DNA of 40,000 nt from Clostridium neonatale (lineage in GTDB: Bacteria > Bacillota > Clostridia > Clostridiales > Clostridiaceae), in NCBI RefSeq assembly GCF_001458595.1, contig NZ_LN890328.1, forward strand, positions 2,244,831-2,284,830. The letters are read 5' to 3'. Positions 26,952-36,488 of this stretch are shown here, in pieces (the first letter of the stretch is position 1; each line of letters opens with the position of its first letter). The notes under the pieces are model-generated. The model was not told where the DNA came from. It saw nothing but the letters and a program-made list of their open reading frames with translations, and made no database searches. The translations under genes and the position numbers were made by a program.

Positions 26952-27410
26952 TTAATCGCCTCCTAACTTCTGTTTTATAGTTAAGCTTCCCATAGTATCT
27001 ATAGGCTCAGTTTCCTTTTTAACAATCATATTGAAATTAATAAAAAAATGAAGTACATTATCAACTATTTCAGCATTAATACTTGTGCCTCTTACCAAGC
27101 TGTTATCAACTGTAATGTATTCTAATGCTGTAAATAGCCTTTCTGTAACTTCATTAAGTTGATTATTTATTGTACTTATTCCATCTACTAATTCAGTATC
27201 TGGAAAGAAATGAATATCAAAAGGATATTTCCTCTCATATCTGTTTCCTACTAGCTGCTTTGAACTAGGTTTTAAACTGAAAATAAAAAAACAAGGTTCT
27301 TCTAAACCCTGCTCTACATTTTCAGTATGAATTATATATCCTTCATTTTCTGAATTAAATTCGGCATCTAGTGCCTGTGATATTCCTATTATTATTTTAT
27401 TTAACATCAA
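26952..27410 (-). CDS. Tail completion/terminator-like protein
   Basis: Assigned only by synteny between the head-tail joining genes and the sheath gene. Confidence 0.5.
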   Translation of the reverse strand: MMLNKIIIGISQALDAEFNSENEGYIIHTENVEQGLEEPCFFIFSLKPSSKQLVGNRYERKYPFDIHFFPDTELVDGISTINNQLNEVTERLFTALEYITVDNSLVRGTSINAEIVDNVLHFFINFNMIVKKETEPIDTMGSLTIKQKLGGD

Positions 27411-27861
27411 AGCACCTCTTTAATTCTTCCCATACTTTAGCAGTAACAATACTTGGTATCTGCATTTCAATTTCATTTATAGATAAAGTCATCATAAATC
27501 TGCCTTTAACCCAGCTTTTCTTTAATTTCTTTCCTATAGCTGGTACAAATCTTCCTGGTGTCTGCCTATGGCCATACTCAACATATGAAGCGTATTCTAC
27601 AGGATTAATAATCTCAATAGTATACGAATTACCTTTTTGAGTTATCTGTCCTATTGCCCATCCATTTCTTAACGTTCCTCCAGTTCTTCCATCTGTGTAT
27701 TGCCCTACTGGTGTTTTCTGCTTAATTCTTCTAAGTAATCGCATAGCTATTTCATTTGCAATCTCTTTTGTAAATTCATTAGCAACACCATCTTTTAAAG
27801 CATTTACATTTTCAGCTAATTTTTTTAACTCTGAAAACTCACATTTTCCCCATCTTCCCAT
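27397..27861 (-). CDS. HK97 gp10-like head-tail joining protein
   Basis: GTLRNGW...PVEYASYVEYGH pattern of the HK97-gp10 family. Confidence 0.7.
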   Translation of the reverse strand: MGRWGKCEFSELKKLAENVNALKDGVANEFTKEIANEIAMRLLRRIKQKTPVGQYTDGRTGGTLRNGWAIGQITQKGNSYTIEIINPVEYASYVEYGHRQTPGRFVPAIGKKLKKSWVKGRFMMTLSINEIEMQIPSIVTAKVWEELKRCFDVK

Positions 27862-28241
27862 TAAGCATTACCTGCCTTTTCTAAAACTATCTCTTGATGT
27901 GATGAATAAATCGCAGGCTTTCCACTATGTTTAAATTCTGTGGTCCTGCCATCATGAGTTATAATAATTTTAGAACCTTCCTTAATTTCAATTTCAGGTG
28001 CTATAAATAGCTTAATAGTTTGTTGAACTGTAGCATTGGCTTCACTCTGATTGGTGGATTTAACACTACTATAAGACAATCTACAAGGCTGATTTTCTAA
28101 TACTATTGTATCTTTTTTGCTTGTAACCTTAGTTACTGGATCTTTAACAGATTTAAATTCTTTAATAGTACAAATATGCTCATACTGACTTTCAATAGCT
28201 TTCCTATGTGCTTTTCTTGCTTGTAAAATAGCTTTGTTCAT
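27861..28241 (-). CDS. Head closure / head-tail adaptor protein
   Basis: Assigned by synteny, size and a beta-rich sequence. Confidence 0.55.
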   Translation of the reverse strand: MNKAILQARKAHRKAIESQYEHICTIKEFKSVKDPVTKVTSKKDTIVLENQPCRLSYSSVKSTNQSEANATVQQTIKLFIAPEIEIKEGSKIIITHDGRTTEFKHSGKPAIYSSHQEIVLEKAGNA

Positions 28242-28242
28242 A

Positions 28243-28587
28243 TTACCACACCAACTTTCTGTATCTATTCAGCTTAGATTTATATTCATTTAAAATACTA
28301 TCCTTATAATCACTTTCTACACTATCTCTAAAGCTAGTGGATATATCTCCTTCACTTATAGATGAAATAGAACCTATAGCAGTTTCTTCACTGCCTAGGT
28401 TCTCATTTCTATACAATTTAACAGCCATTTTATAAGCTGTAGTTTCTAAGCCTTTAGGTATTTCTTTTATGTGGCAATATTCTAATATTATATTAGTCAC
28501 ATCATCTATAATAAATTCAAGAATAACATCTTTAGATGTATCTTCTAAATTAATTCCTAGGAGCTGCTTAAGTTTATCTAACTCCAT
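28243..28587 (-). CDS. gp6-like head-tail connector protein
   Basis: N-terminus LKQLLGINLEDTSKDVILEFIIDDV, typical of this connector family. Confidence 0.65.
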   Translation of the reverse strand: MELDKLKQLLGINLEDTSKDVILEFIIDDVTNIILEYCHIKEIPKGLETTAYKMAVKLYRNENLGSEETAIGSISSISEGDISTSFRDSVESDYKDSILNEYKSKLNRYRKLVW

Positions 28588-28591
28588 AAGA

Positions 28592-28801
28592 TCACATCCT
28601 ATTCAACTTTTCAACTTCTTTAATTTTTTCTAATATTCCAGATTGGCTAGTAGCTTTTCCAATATCAATATTTTTTTCTTGTGCATATTCTTTAAGTTCC
28701 TCAACTGTCATTTTTGACAGCTCTTTTTCTATCTCTGGACTATTTACTATTTCTTTTTTAGCTGCTTCACGTCTCATTCTTTGAAATGCTGTAGCACTCA
28801 T
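28592..28801 (-). CDS. Small protein with Rho-N/SAP-like helix-extended-helix motif
   Basis: The track ORF extends to 28861; ATG 28801 is preferred because of the AAGGAGG RBS. Motif: MTVEELKEYAQEKNIDIGKATSQSGILEKI. Confidence 0.55.
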   Translation of the reverse strand: MSATAFQRMRREAAKKEIVNSPEIEKELSKMTVEELKEYAQEKNIDIGKATSQSGILEKIKEVEKLNRM

Positions 28802-28814
28802 ATAACAAACCTCC

Positions 28815-29762
28815 TTATAGCTTATGAACAAACTTAACCATACGAATAGCTTTATCCTCATAAACTCTTGACCAATTAGTACCTGTTGCTAGTTCTGCAT
28901 TTGTAGGTGATGAACCTGCTGCTGAACCAATCCATTTTACTCCTCTTGGGTGTAAAATATAGTGTTTTCTATTTATTAAGATATCATCTCCAGCTAAGCT
29001 ATCTCTATCTGTTTCAGTTGGAACTGGTGCTCCACCATTACCAAGACCAATTGCACCTTCTCCAAATAAATAAGTTGTATATTCCCCAGCAGATGTTGGA
29101 CAAGAATCATCAATAATAACTCTTTTCTCCATGAACAATGAAATTGGCTTATTGTTAGAGTCAAGTTCTGTTTGAATTAAGTTATTCTTACGAAGTTGTG
29201 TTTCTGTAGCTGAATGCATTATAACACCAGTAAGTTTGTCTTTTGCATCTCCCATAAGTTGTAATGCATCAAGGAAGTTTTCACCGTTTATCTTAGCTTT
29301 ATCATCTTCTAAACTAGAAATATCTAAAACCTTATTTGTCATATTACTAGCAGCAAAAGCCCCATCTAATAACTTTATAGCTGTAGCTTGCATACGTCTT
29401 GCCCAATATTCTGCAACTAAATCACCAATTGCAGCCATAGGATCATCTCCAGATAATGCTTTTGCTAAGTCATTTGCACTCCAAGCTTTACCTCTCATTA
29501 ATAGAACAGCAATATCTTGACCAGCTGTGATTTTAGCTGGTGTTAATGCACCATCATCTGAAAGTACTTCATCATCACCATTTAAATCTTCCCAATATGG
29601 CATATTAATTGTTGTACCACCGCTTGATGCTAGTCTATCTAATTCTGGGTTATTTGATATAATCCCACTATTATATAATGCTGATAATTCCATTGTTCTT
29701 TGTACTACATAAGGATTAAATACCTCTGGTACAATTACGTCACTAATCTTTGTTTTTGCCAT
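28815..29762 (-). CDS. Major capsid protein
   Basis: 315 aa, lying after the scaffold gene. The region INMPYWEDLNGDDEVLSDD is typical of this capsid family. Confidence 0.8.
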   Translation of the reverse strand: MAKTKISDVIVPEVFNPYVVQRTMELSALYNSGIISNNPELDRLASSGGTTINMPYWEDLNGDDEVLSDDGALTPAKITAGQDIAVLLMRGKAWSANDLAKALSGDDPMAAIGDLVAEYWARRMQATAIKLLDGAFAASNMTNKVLDISSLEDDKAKINGENFLDALQLMGDAKDKLTGVIMHSATETQLRKNNLIQTELDSNNKPISLFMEKRVIIDDSCPTSAGEYTTYLFGEGAIGLGNGGAPVPTETDRDSLAGDDILINRKHYILHPRGVKWIGSAAGSSPTNAELATGTNWSRVYEDKAIRMVKFVHKL

Positions 29763-29782
29763 TTTAAATCACCTTTTCTTTC

Positions 29783-30391
29783 CTATAATTTAAATCCTGC
29801 TGCTGCCATTAATTCTTTAGCTAGTGCAGGATTCTCTTTTAATAATTTTCCTTGTTGTGTAAGATTGTAAGTTTCTTTTGCAAATGGATTAACCCCTATT
29901 GGATCTCCTCCAGCTGCTGGATTATATTTGGGTTTTACTGTATCATTCTTAAAAACATGTGGAATTGATTCTTTATATGGTTTAATAATATCTTCAACTC
30001 CTATTGGTTTGTTATCACCATCAAAATTAAATTTGTTAATACCACCATGTTTATAGATAAGATAATCTGCATCTGTTACACCTAAATCCTTAAGTTTATC
30101 TTTTAGTACATATTCTTTTTCAGTCTTAGTAGCATTATCTTTAAGAGTTTTAATGGTAGTTTCATGTTCCTTAATTGTTTGTTGTAATGCATCATTATCA
30201 ACATTATTTTTCTTTAAATCTGTAATTGTTGCATTTGCAGTTTTAAGCTGTTCGCTTACATCATTGTAAGTACTCTTAGGTACTGCATTCTTAGGAAATT
30301 CAGTATTAACTTGTTTCATTAAATCATCAATATCTATACTTCCATCCTCTTTTTTCTTTGCACCTTCTAATAACTTCCTTAACCATTCCAT
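29783..30391 (-). CDS. Scaffolding protein (GP20-like)
   Basis: Helical and charged, 202 aa, directly upstream of the capsid gene. Confidence 0.7.
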   Translation of the reverse strand: MEWLRKLLEGAKKKEDGSIDIDDLMKQVNTEFPKNAVPKSTYNDVSEQLKTANATITDLKKNNVDNDALQQTIKEHETTIKTLKDNATKTEKEYVLKDKLKDLGVTDADYLIYKHGGINKFNFDGDNKPIGVEDIIKPYKESIPHVFKNDTVKPKYNPAAGGDPIGVNPFAKETYNLTQQGKLLKENPALAKELMAAAGFKL

Positions 30392-30534
30392 TTTACATTT
30401 CTCCTTTACTTCTAATAGATTTTTATACCTGCTCTCCAGGTACTGTAGAATTACCTTTGTTCTTTATGCCCTGCAAACCTGTAAAAAGGGCGAAAATAAT
30501 AAGCCTTTTTACGCCTTGCTAATGGCAAAATAAA

Positions 30535-30554
30535 AAGCCTTATTTCTAAGACTT
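30535..30554 (-). terminator. Hairpin terminator overlapping the stop of ORF 30546..30881
   Basis: Minus strand AAGUCUUA-GAAA-UAAGGCUU followed by UUUAUUUUG. It has the same arms as the hairpin at 30901-30920. Confidence 0.5.
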
Positions 30555-30881
30555 GCTAACTTCTCTTAATGCCTTTTCTAAATTTTCAGATATAATTTTT
30601 GTAAATTCAGCAATAAACTTCTCTGGTACATTTGATTCACTTTTTACTTTTATAGGTCTAATTGATTTAGTTGTCCTTTTAACTTCTTGCGTTACATCCA
30701 TTATAAGTGAAACTTTTTTAGGATTTATCATTATCCTCCTATTACCACTATCTGATATACCATTAATAAAGCATATATCTGAATATCTTGCTTTTAAAAT
30801 GAAATCTTGAAATGCTTCTGCTGTATCATTAGAATTAATTGTTATTTCTTTTCCATCACATACAATATAAATATAATTCAT
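30546..30881 (-). CDS. Hypothetical protein (insert in the head module)
   Basis: ORF track, GGGAGG RBS. No recognisable motif. Confidence 0.55.
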   Translation of the reverse strand: MNYIYIVCDGKEITINSNDTAEAFQDFILKARYSDICFINGISDSGNRRIMINPKKVSLIMDVTQEVKRTTKSIRPIKVKSESNVPEKFIAEFTKIISENLEKALREVSKS

Positions 30882-30900
30882 TGTAAATTCCTCCCAAAAT

Positions 30901-30920
30901 AAGCCTTATTATTAAGACTT
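30901..30920 (-). terminator. Hairpin terminator after ORF 30919..31188
   Basis: AAGUCUUA-AUAA-UAAGGCUU followed by AUUUUG. Confidence 0.5.
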
Positions 30921-31188
30921 AATCAGCTAATTCATATGTTTTCTCAAATACATCTGGTTTGCAAGCATAAAGCTCTCCTTTTATACCTTGAATTATAAAA
31001 TCACCTACACTGGCCTTCATATCACCTTCAAGTGTTTTAATTTTAAGATTTGGTCCATCAAAATACAATATCCCTTTCTTATGAGCTTCAATCCCCCATT
31101 CAGGAATATAATACTTCCCTTCTCTATCTTGAAAATCTCCATCATATTGAAAAGCTTCAATTTCAACTGGTTTTTTCCTATATTTCAT
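30919..31188 (-). CDS. Conserved small phage protein, unknown function
   Basis: MKYRKKPVEIEAFQY...GDFIIQGIKGELYACKPDVFEKTYE. I recognise the pattern from many phage genomes but cannot name the family. Confidence 0.6.
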   Translation of the reverse strand: MKYRKKPVEIEAFQYDGDFQDREGKYYIPEWGIEAHKKGILYFDGPNLKIKTLEGDMKASVGDFIIQGIKGELYACKPDVFEKTYELAD

Positions 31189-31213
31189 CTTTCAATTCCT
31201 CCTAAAATGAGCC

Positions 31214-31387
31214 CTATAGGCTACCAAATATCGTATTAAATAAAATTATAATAATTAATAAATCCAATACGCATACTATAAAACTTGCTATTCTTCCAGC
31301 TATTTCTTTATCACTAAATATTTTTACAAATTCAATTAAAGCGCATAATATCATGTATACAAACGCTACCCATTGAACTACTATCAT
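31214..31387 (-). CDS. Small membrane protein, 57 aa
   Basis: Absent from the track. MIVVQWVAFVYMILCALIEFVKIFSDKEIAGRIASFIVCVLDLLIIIILFNTIFGSL, with two TM helices and an AAGGAGTG RBS. Confidence 0.5.
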   Translation of the reverse strand: MIVVQWVAFVYMILCALIEFVKIFSDKEIAGRIASFIVCVLDLLIIIILFNTIFGSL

Positions 31388-31420
31388 ATTCTATCACTCC
31401 TTAAATTTTTGCATAATAAA

Positions 31421-31450
31421 AGCACCTACTCATTTTTCTAAGTAAGTGCT
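31421..31450 (-). terminator. Hairpin terminator overlapping the 3' end of the head morphogenesis gene
   Basis: AGCACUUACU-(10 nt)-AGUAGGUGCU followed by UUUAUUAU. Its arms are nearly identical to those of the terminator at 23206-23228. Confidence 0.5.
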
Positions 31451-32523
31451 TGTTTCTTTTTTACATACTTCTTTTTCCATTCATCATATGTCATATCTGC
31501 AGGTACTTTTTTATATCCATTAGTTTCTGTATTTCTTGAAGCTCTTTTTTCATCTTCTGTAAAATCATCAAAATAAGGAACTGTTGTTGTTCTACAATTA
31601 CAATGGAATGGTGGAGCTGTTAATCCAACCTTATATTCATCTAAATAAAAGAATGGTTCATCTTTATTTCTTCCCTTGTGGTCCATTTCTCTGCATATAT
31701 TTGATGTCTTCAAGTCTAAAGTAGCTAATATTTGATATTTCTTAACTCCAAGCTTTTTATAAGACTCTAATGCTGCTCTTGAATTAACATAGGCCCTTTC
31801 AGTTTGTACTACTCTTTCCACTGCTTTTCTATCAGACTCTAGCTTTTCTGCCCATCTTTCTATTATCTTATTATTACTTTCACCTCTTATTAATGCCTGC
31901 GGTAAATCCTTCTCTACTAAATCAGCAACTAACTGTTGTTTTCTGCCCCATAGTCTTTCTGAAAATACTTTTCCATCCGTAGTCCAAGGCTTTTTTAGCA
32001 TATCATCAATTTCAGATTCATTGTACTTATGCAGATCTACTCCAATATTCAATCCTTTTTCTATCTCATAAGCATTCTTATATATATCATCTTCAAGTCC
32101 ACTTTTCAAAAGATGGCTAATATCAGTTATTCTTTTTGCATATTCCTTTTCAAGATGATGTTGCATCTGAAATTGTAATGACTCTAATCTAGTTACATGA
32201 ACTTTAATAGATGCATTTTCTAATTCTTTTCTCCAAGCATCACTTAATATTTTGGATTGGCCATATTTAATATACTGTTGTACTGTCCAATGAAATTCTT
32301 CTAGTTCATTTGCATTTAAAATTCGTTGTGCTTCTGCATAAGTTATTTTGTTCTTTTTAGCAAATCTTAGATACCAATATGCAATATCCTTTTGTATCTG
32401 TTCTAATGTTTCTTTATGCAGCTGTTCCAAATCCTTTTTATACTGTTCAGAATCCTTATAAGCAGCGTTCTCTAATTCTAATGATCTTTTTTGCCAGTAT
32501 TCATTATTCCCCACCATAAACAC
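31438..32523 (-). CDS. Head morphogenesis protein (Mu F / SPP1 gp7-like)
   Basis: QTERAYVNSRAALESYKKLGVKKYQILATLDLKTSNICREMDHK is typical of the Phage_Mu_F domain. Confidence 0.8.
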   Translation of the reverse strand: MFMVGNNEYWQKRSLELENAAYKDSEQYKKDLEQLHKETLEQIQKDIAYWYLRFAKKNKITYAEAQRILNANELEEFHWTVQQYIKYGQSKILSDAWRKELENASIKVHVTRLESLQFQMQHHLEKEYAKRITDISHLLKSGLEDDIYKNAYEIEKGLNIGVDLHKYNESEIDDMLKKPWTTDGKVFSERLWGRKQQLVADLVEKDLPQALIRGESNNKIIERWAEKLESDRKAVERVVQTERAYVNSRAALESYKKLGVKKYQILATLDLKTSNICREMDHKGRNKDEPFFYLDEYKVGLTAPPFHCNCRTTTVPYFDDFTEDEKRASRNTETNGYKKVPADMTYDEWKKKYVKKKQALT

Positions 32524-32674
32524 CTACAATAGTATTCTTAAACCATTCTAAAAAATTAAATAAAGTAACAATAAATAATGCATCTTTTGTATTTCCTTCA
32601 TAAAATAATTGAATAATCAAAAATAAAAACCATAAACATGCACAAAATAAACTCCATTTAGATTTACTGTTCAT
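32504..32674 (-). CDS. Small membrane protein, 56 aa
   Basis: This is the distal part of track ORF 32504..32794. ATG 32674 follows GAGGAGG and overlaps the portal stop. Sequence MNSKSKWSLFCACLWFLFLIIQLFYEGN..., with two TM helices. Confidence 0.5.
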   Translation of the reverse strand: MNSKSKWSLFCACLWFLFLIIQLFYEGNTKDALFIVTLFNFLEWFKNTIVGVYGGE

Positions 32675-34073
32675 CTTTATCAGCCTCCTCATTATCATCT
32701 TTATTTGGAAATGCACCTTTATAATCATCATTATCTTGCTGCTTTTCTTCGCCTTCTTTTTTCTTCTGTTCTGCTTCCTTATCAGCATCTTCAACGAATG
32801 GGTGATTTTTATATAATGTTAAATTACTTAATAGTCCCATAGATGAAGTACATATATCAGCTAATTCTGAATCATTCGTTACTGCTGTCCTAGTCCATGT
32901 TTGAATTATTGATTTACATTCAACATTTAGATATCTACATATTGCTCTAACAAACTCACCAAAACCTAATTTAAATTCTGTTTCAGTAAGTCCAGCTTTA
33001 AGCTCTAGTAAAGAATATAGAAACTTCAACGCAACACCTGAAGCATTTCCAAAGTCTTGTTGTTGTGGATCTACTCCTTGACCTTGTTCAAATATTGCTT
33101 TCCTTGTCATAGTCAAAAGTTTTTCTCTAGCTTCTATTGGAATATCTATTGTTAATGTCTGCAATCCACTTCTATCTCCAGCCCCACTATCATTCACCTT
33201 AACAGTCTTATATTTTTTAAGCTGAGACAAGAACTCTCTTGAGTCTTCTCCTTCATAATTAGTAAGTATGAATATTATTTCCTGGATATCCTCAAGATCA
33301 TTAACAAAGCCACTAAAGACTTTATCATACACGTCTATTAGTGGTTTTACATTATCTAAATCACTTGTCATTAAATTGTTATTTCCAAATGGTATAAATG
33401 GAACTCTTTCAAATCCATGGTTAAATTCATTACTTTGTTGATTTGCATTAGAATCTACTATAAAATTACTAAACATTGTATAAATTTCTAATCCTTCATC
33501 TATAGTAAGATCAGATTTCTTTCTAAATGCTTGGCATGTAATATCATTCCAATATTCATAAATATCATAAGTTACACCTTCATCATCTGTATCATTATAA
33601 ACTCTTAATATTCCTAAAAGCTTTTTATTTAAACTACTGGACCATATCGGAATTATTTGCTTACTATCTACTACACCATATTCAAATTCTTTATCATCAT
33701 TTAACCAATAATGTAACCATGCTATGCCACTATTAGCAGCATTGATACATAAATCCTTACAAACTTTAGCATAGTTGTCTCCTAATAAATCCGTAATTCT
33801 TTTATTAGCTTCTTTATTTCCAACATCAAAAAGTGGTGGAGCAGTAAACATATATGATGCTTTTTGATTAACAAGTAATCCATGAAAATTAGAACTTATC
33901 CTATTATCTGCATTTCTTAATGGATTTTCTGAATCTTCATCTTTCTTTCTGTCATATGTTAATATATCATTCTTATTTCTGTAATATCTTTCTGCTGTAA
34001 ATGATTTGCATACTATATCTGAATGACCTGTTGTATGCTTCTTAATTAATTTCTTTACTACTTCTATATCCAA
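32664..34073 (-). CDS. Portal protein (SPP1 gp6-like)
   Basis: 469 aa, lying after terL, with an acidic C-terminal tail. The family pattern matches. Confidence 0.85.
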   Translation of the reverse strand: MDIEVVKKLIKKHTTGHSDIVCKSFTAERYYRNKNDILTYDRKKDEDSENPLRNADNRISSNFHGLLVNQKASYMFTAPPLFDVGNKEANKRITDLLGDNYAKVCKDLCINAANSGIAWLHYWLNDDKEFEYGVVDSKQIIPIWSSSLNKKLLGILRVYNDTDDEGVTYDIYEYWNDITCQAFRKKSDLTIDEGLEIYTMFSNFIVDSNANQQSNEFNHGFERVPFIPFGNNNLMTSDLDNVKPLIDVYDKVFSGFVNDLEDIQEIIFILTNYEGEDSREFLSQLKKYKTVKVNDSGAGDRSGLQTLTIDIPIEAREKLLTMTRKAIFEQGQGVDPQQQDFGNASGVALKFLYSLLELKAGLTETEFKLGFGEFVRAICRYLNVECKSIIQTWTRTAVTNDSELADICTSSMGLLSNLTLYKNHPFVEDADKEAEQKKKEGEEKQQDNDDYKGAFPNKDDNEEADKDEQ

Positions 34074-34168
34074 TTAATTCACCTCAATTCTTGTGCTAAT
34101 CTTTTAATTTTTCTATAATGAAATTACAAGTGTTTCCAACACTGAGTACTTATGAAAGGAGTTTAAAT

Positions 34169-34399
34169 ATGGGTAAAAATCAATGGGTGTCTCCTCGTAA
34201 TGGACAGTGGGCTGTACATGGAGAAAGAAATCAAAAAGATACAAAAATCTTTAATACTCAAAAAGAAGCCTTGAACCATGCTATAAAAATTGCTAAAAAT
34301 CAAAAGAGCGAAGTCATTATTCAAGGTAGAGATGGTAGAATACGCTCTAAAGACAGTTATGGAAATGATTCCTGCCCTCCCAAAGATACTGAAAATTAA
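34169..34399 (+). CDS. DUF2188-like small protein (opposite strand)
   Basis: MGKNQWVSPRNGQWAVHGERNQKDTKIFNTQKEALNHAIKIAKNQKSEVIIQGRDGRIRSKDSYGND matches the DUF2188 pattern. The AAAGGAG RBS precedes ATG 34169; the track start at 34118 is less likely. Confidence 0.7.
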   Translation: MGKNQWVSPRNGQWAVHGERNQKDTKIFNTQKEALNHAIKIAKNQKSEVIIQGRDGRIRSKDSYGNDSCPPKDTEN

Positions 34400-34542
34400 T
34401 CATACTTTGGTGTAATTCTAACCCTGTAACCTTTAATTACATCTATATATTCTGGTGTAATTTCTGCAATAGTTACAGGGATTTTTTCATCAGTTTCTAT
34501 TACAACTTTTGAATAATCTTTTAATGTTTTTTCTTCATTCAT
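34396..34542 (-). CDS. Small protein, 48 aa, unknown function
   Basis: Absent from the track. MNEEKTLKDYSKVVIETDEKIPVTIAEITPEYIDVIKGYRVRITPKYD, with an AAGGTGGTGA RBS. Its stop overlaps the convergent DUF2188 stop. Confidence 0.45.
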   Translation of the reverse strand: MNEEKTLKDYSKVVIETDEKIPVTIAEITPEYIDVIKGYRVRITPKYD

Positions 34543-34556
34543 ATTTTATCACCACC

Positions 34557-35996
34557 TTATTTAAATATTGACATACCACTAGGTTTATTTATCATTTCTG
34601 CTATTCCAGTTGTAGCATCTGGAGCATCATCATGCTTGTTCTTTCCTTCACGTTGATATTTAATCATGGCATTATAATATTCTGGCCATCTGTCTTTCCA
34701 ATTTGACGGAAAGTATATATGTTCCAGTACCCAAGTTGAATTACTAAGTATCCTAGCTTCTTTATTCTTAGATTGATGAAATGGCTTAATAACTGTTTTA
34801 TTGCTGCCAAACTTCTCTTTTAATATTCTTTTTACATTTCTTGCAAAGCCTTCTCCACCATTGTTACTCTCAATATCTGCTTTATTGACATTACCTTGAT
34901 ATAACATCTTAGCAGTTTCATTTTCAGTAACTGACATATCCTTTTGTGTATAAAGTACGTCTAATATATAAGCTTCTTTATCATAAACACCATAGTTAAT
35001 ACTACATAAGTAATCCTCTCCCTTGTCTGCTGTATCTGTATAGTTCTTAATAGCTGTAAATAGTAAATTACCATTACTATCCTTAGGCAATTCTGTATAG
35101 GTCTTAAGTTTAGGATATAAACGACCTTTTAAGTCTATAGGCTCTTGTTGATAATTTGCACTTGCTATATCTGCCCCCATAGTCTTAATTTTATTTTCAT
35201 ATGACTTTCTACTTAATACTTCATCACAAAGCATTGTTCCATCATCTTGAAGGGCTTTCATAGATATATGCTTAATCTTTCTGTCAGCCATTTCTTCAAG
35301 TACTTTACCTGCTAAATCATCACTGGCCCATCTAGTCATTATGATTATTATTTTTCCGCCTTCTTCTAAACGTGAAAGCATTGTATTAGTAAACCACTCC
35401 CAGTGCTTTTCTTTAACACCTTCGTTATTGGCTTCTTCTGCATTCTTGATTAAATCATCAATAATCATTAATGAACATCCAAATCCTGTTGCTGTTCCAG
35501 TAGGAGATGTGGCAAGATAATTATTATATCCGCCTTCTAAGCTCCATAAGTTCATAGCACCATCACCACGCTTTATGGCTACATCAGGAAATACATCACT
35601 GAATACTGGTTTATACTTATCTGCCTTTTCTTCCTGGATGCTATTTCTAACATTCTTAGAGAACATAGTTGAAAGAGTTTCATTATATGATCCAGTCATT
35701 ATCTTTTCAGTTTGATTTTTACCAAGTACCCATTCAACAAATAATCCTGCCGTTCTTGATTTTCCATGTCTAGGAGGTTCATTTACTACAAGTATTTCAT
35801 CTTCACCCTCATAGAACTCTTGAAGGTCATTACATAGCTCTACTAGATATTTTCTATTTGGTTTATAAAAGTCAGGTGCTTTTAAATTGCAGTAACTAAA
35901 AAAAGACCTTCTGGCCTTTAATATAGATAGCTTTAATTTCTTTTCCTGTAATTCTTCTAATGCTTTTAAGTATTCCAGCCTATCCATCCTTATCAA
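34557..35996 (-). CDS. terL: Terminase large subunit
   Basis: Walker A-like PPRHGKS, Walker B MIIDDLI and a C-terminal nuclease region. The start is TTG 35996 or ATG 35987, overlapping the terS stop. Confidence 0.85.
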   Translation of the reverse strand: MIRMDRLEYLKALEELQEKKLKLSILKARRSFFSYCNLKAPDFYKPNRKYLVELCNDLQEFYEGEDEILVVNEPPRHGKSRTAGLFVEWVLGKNQTEKIMTGSYNETLSTMFSKNVRNSIQEEKADKYKPVFSDVFPDVAIKRGDGAMNLWSLEGGYNNYLATSPTGTATGFGCSLMIIDDLIKNAEEANNEGVKEKHWEWFTNTMLSRLEEGGKIIIIMTRWASDDLAGKVLEEMADRKIKHISMKALQDDGTMLCDEVLSRKSYENKIKTMGADIASANYQQEPIDLKGRLYPKLKTYTELPKDSNGNLLFTAIKNYTDTADKGEDYLCSINYGVYDKEAYILDVLYTQKDMSVTENETAKMLYQGNVNKADIESNNGGEGFARNVKRILKEKFGSNKTVIKPFHQSKNKEARILSNSTWVLEHIYFPSNWKDRWPEYYNAMIKYQREGKNKHDDAPDATTGIAEMINKPSGMSIFK

Positions 35997-36417
35997 TTCC
36001 TAATTTTTTCTCTAGCTTACTTATTTCATCTTCCAGTTGATCTTCAGTTAAATTACTTGTATTTTCTACTTTAGCATTAATAGTGCTATTACTTTCAACT
36101 TGCTTTTTATCTTCCCATCCAAAATTATTCTTTAATGCAAATATAGAAAATGTGACATTACTTTCACCAGTTAATGCTCTTTCTTCCATAGATGCTTCAA
36201 CTATATCTTTAGCCTTTTTTATAGTGGGGAAAAATTCATCTTTTTCAGAATAGTTATATAATGTTTTTCTATCTATTCCTATCCATAAAGCGAGTCCACT
36301 TAATGTATAAGGCTTATTATGTTGTTCACATCTTTGCCAGTATTCCATTATCTTTTGTTCTAATTCTTCTTGTGTCCTAAATATTCTCGGTCTACCTACT
36401 GCCTTTTTCTCATCCAT
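35980..36417 (-). CDS. terS: Terminase small subunit
   Basis: N-terminal HTH-like region GRPRIFRTQEELEQKIMEYW...YTLSGLALWIGIDRKTLYNY. Lies upstream of terL. Confidence 0.8.
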   Translation of the reverse strand: MDEKKAVGRPRIFRTQEELEQKIMEYWQRCEQHNKPYTLSGLALWIGIDRKTLYNYSEKDEFFPTIKKAKDIVEASMEERALTGESNVTFSIFALKNNFGWEDKKQVESNSTINAKVENTSNLTEDQLEDEISKLEKKLGIDKDG

Positions 36418-36452
36418 AGACTCACCTTCCTTTCTGTTTTATTGCATAATAA

Positions 36453-36478
36453 AAGGACTCTATTTTTCTAGAATCCTT
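36453..36478 (-). terminator. Intrinsic terminator after the 228-aa secreted-protein gene
   Basis: AAGGAUUCUA-GAAAAA-UAGAGUCCUU followed by UUAUUAUG. Confidence 0.5.
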
Positions 36479-36488
36479 TCCTTTAACA

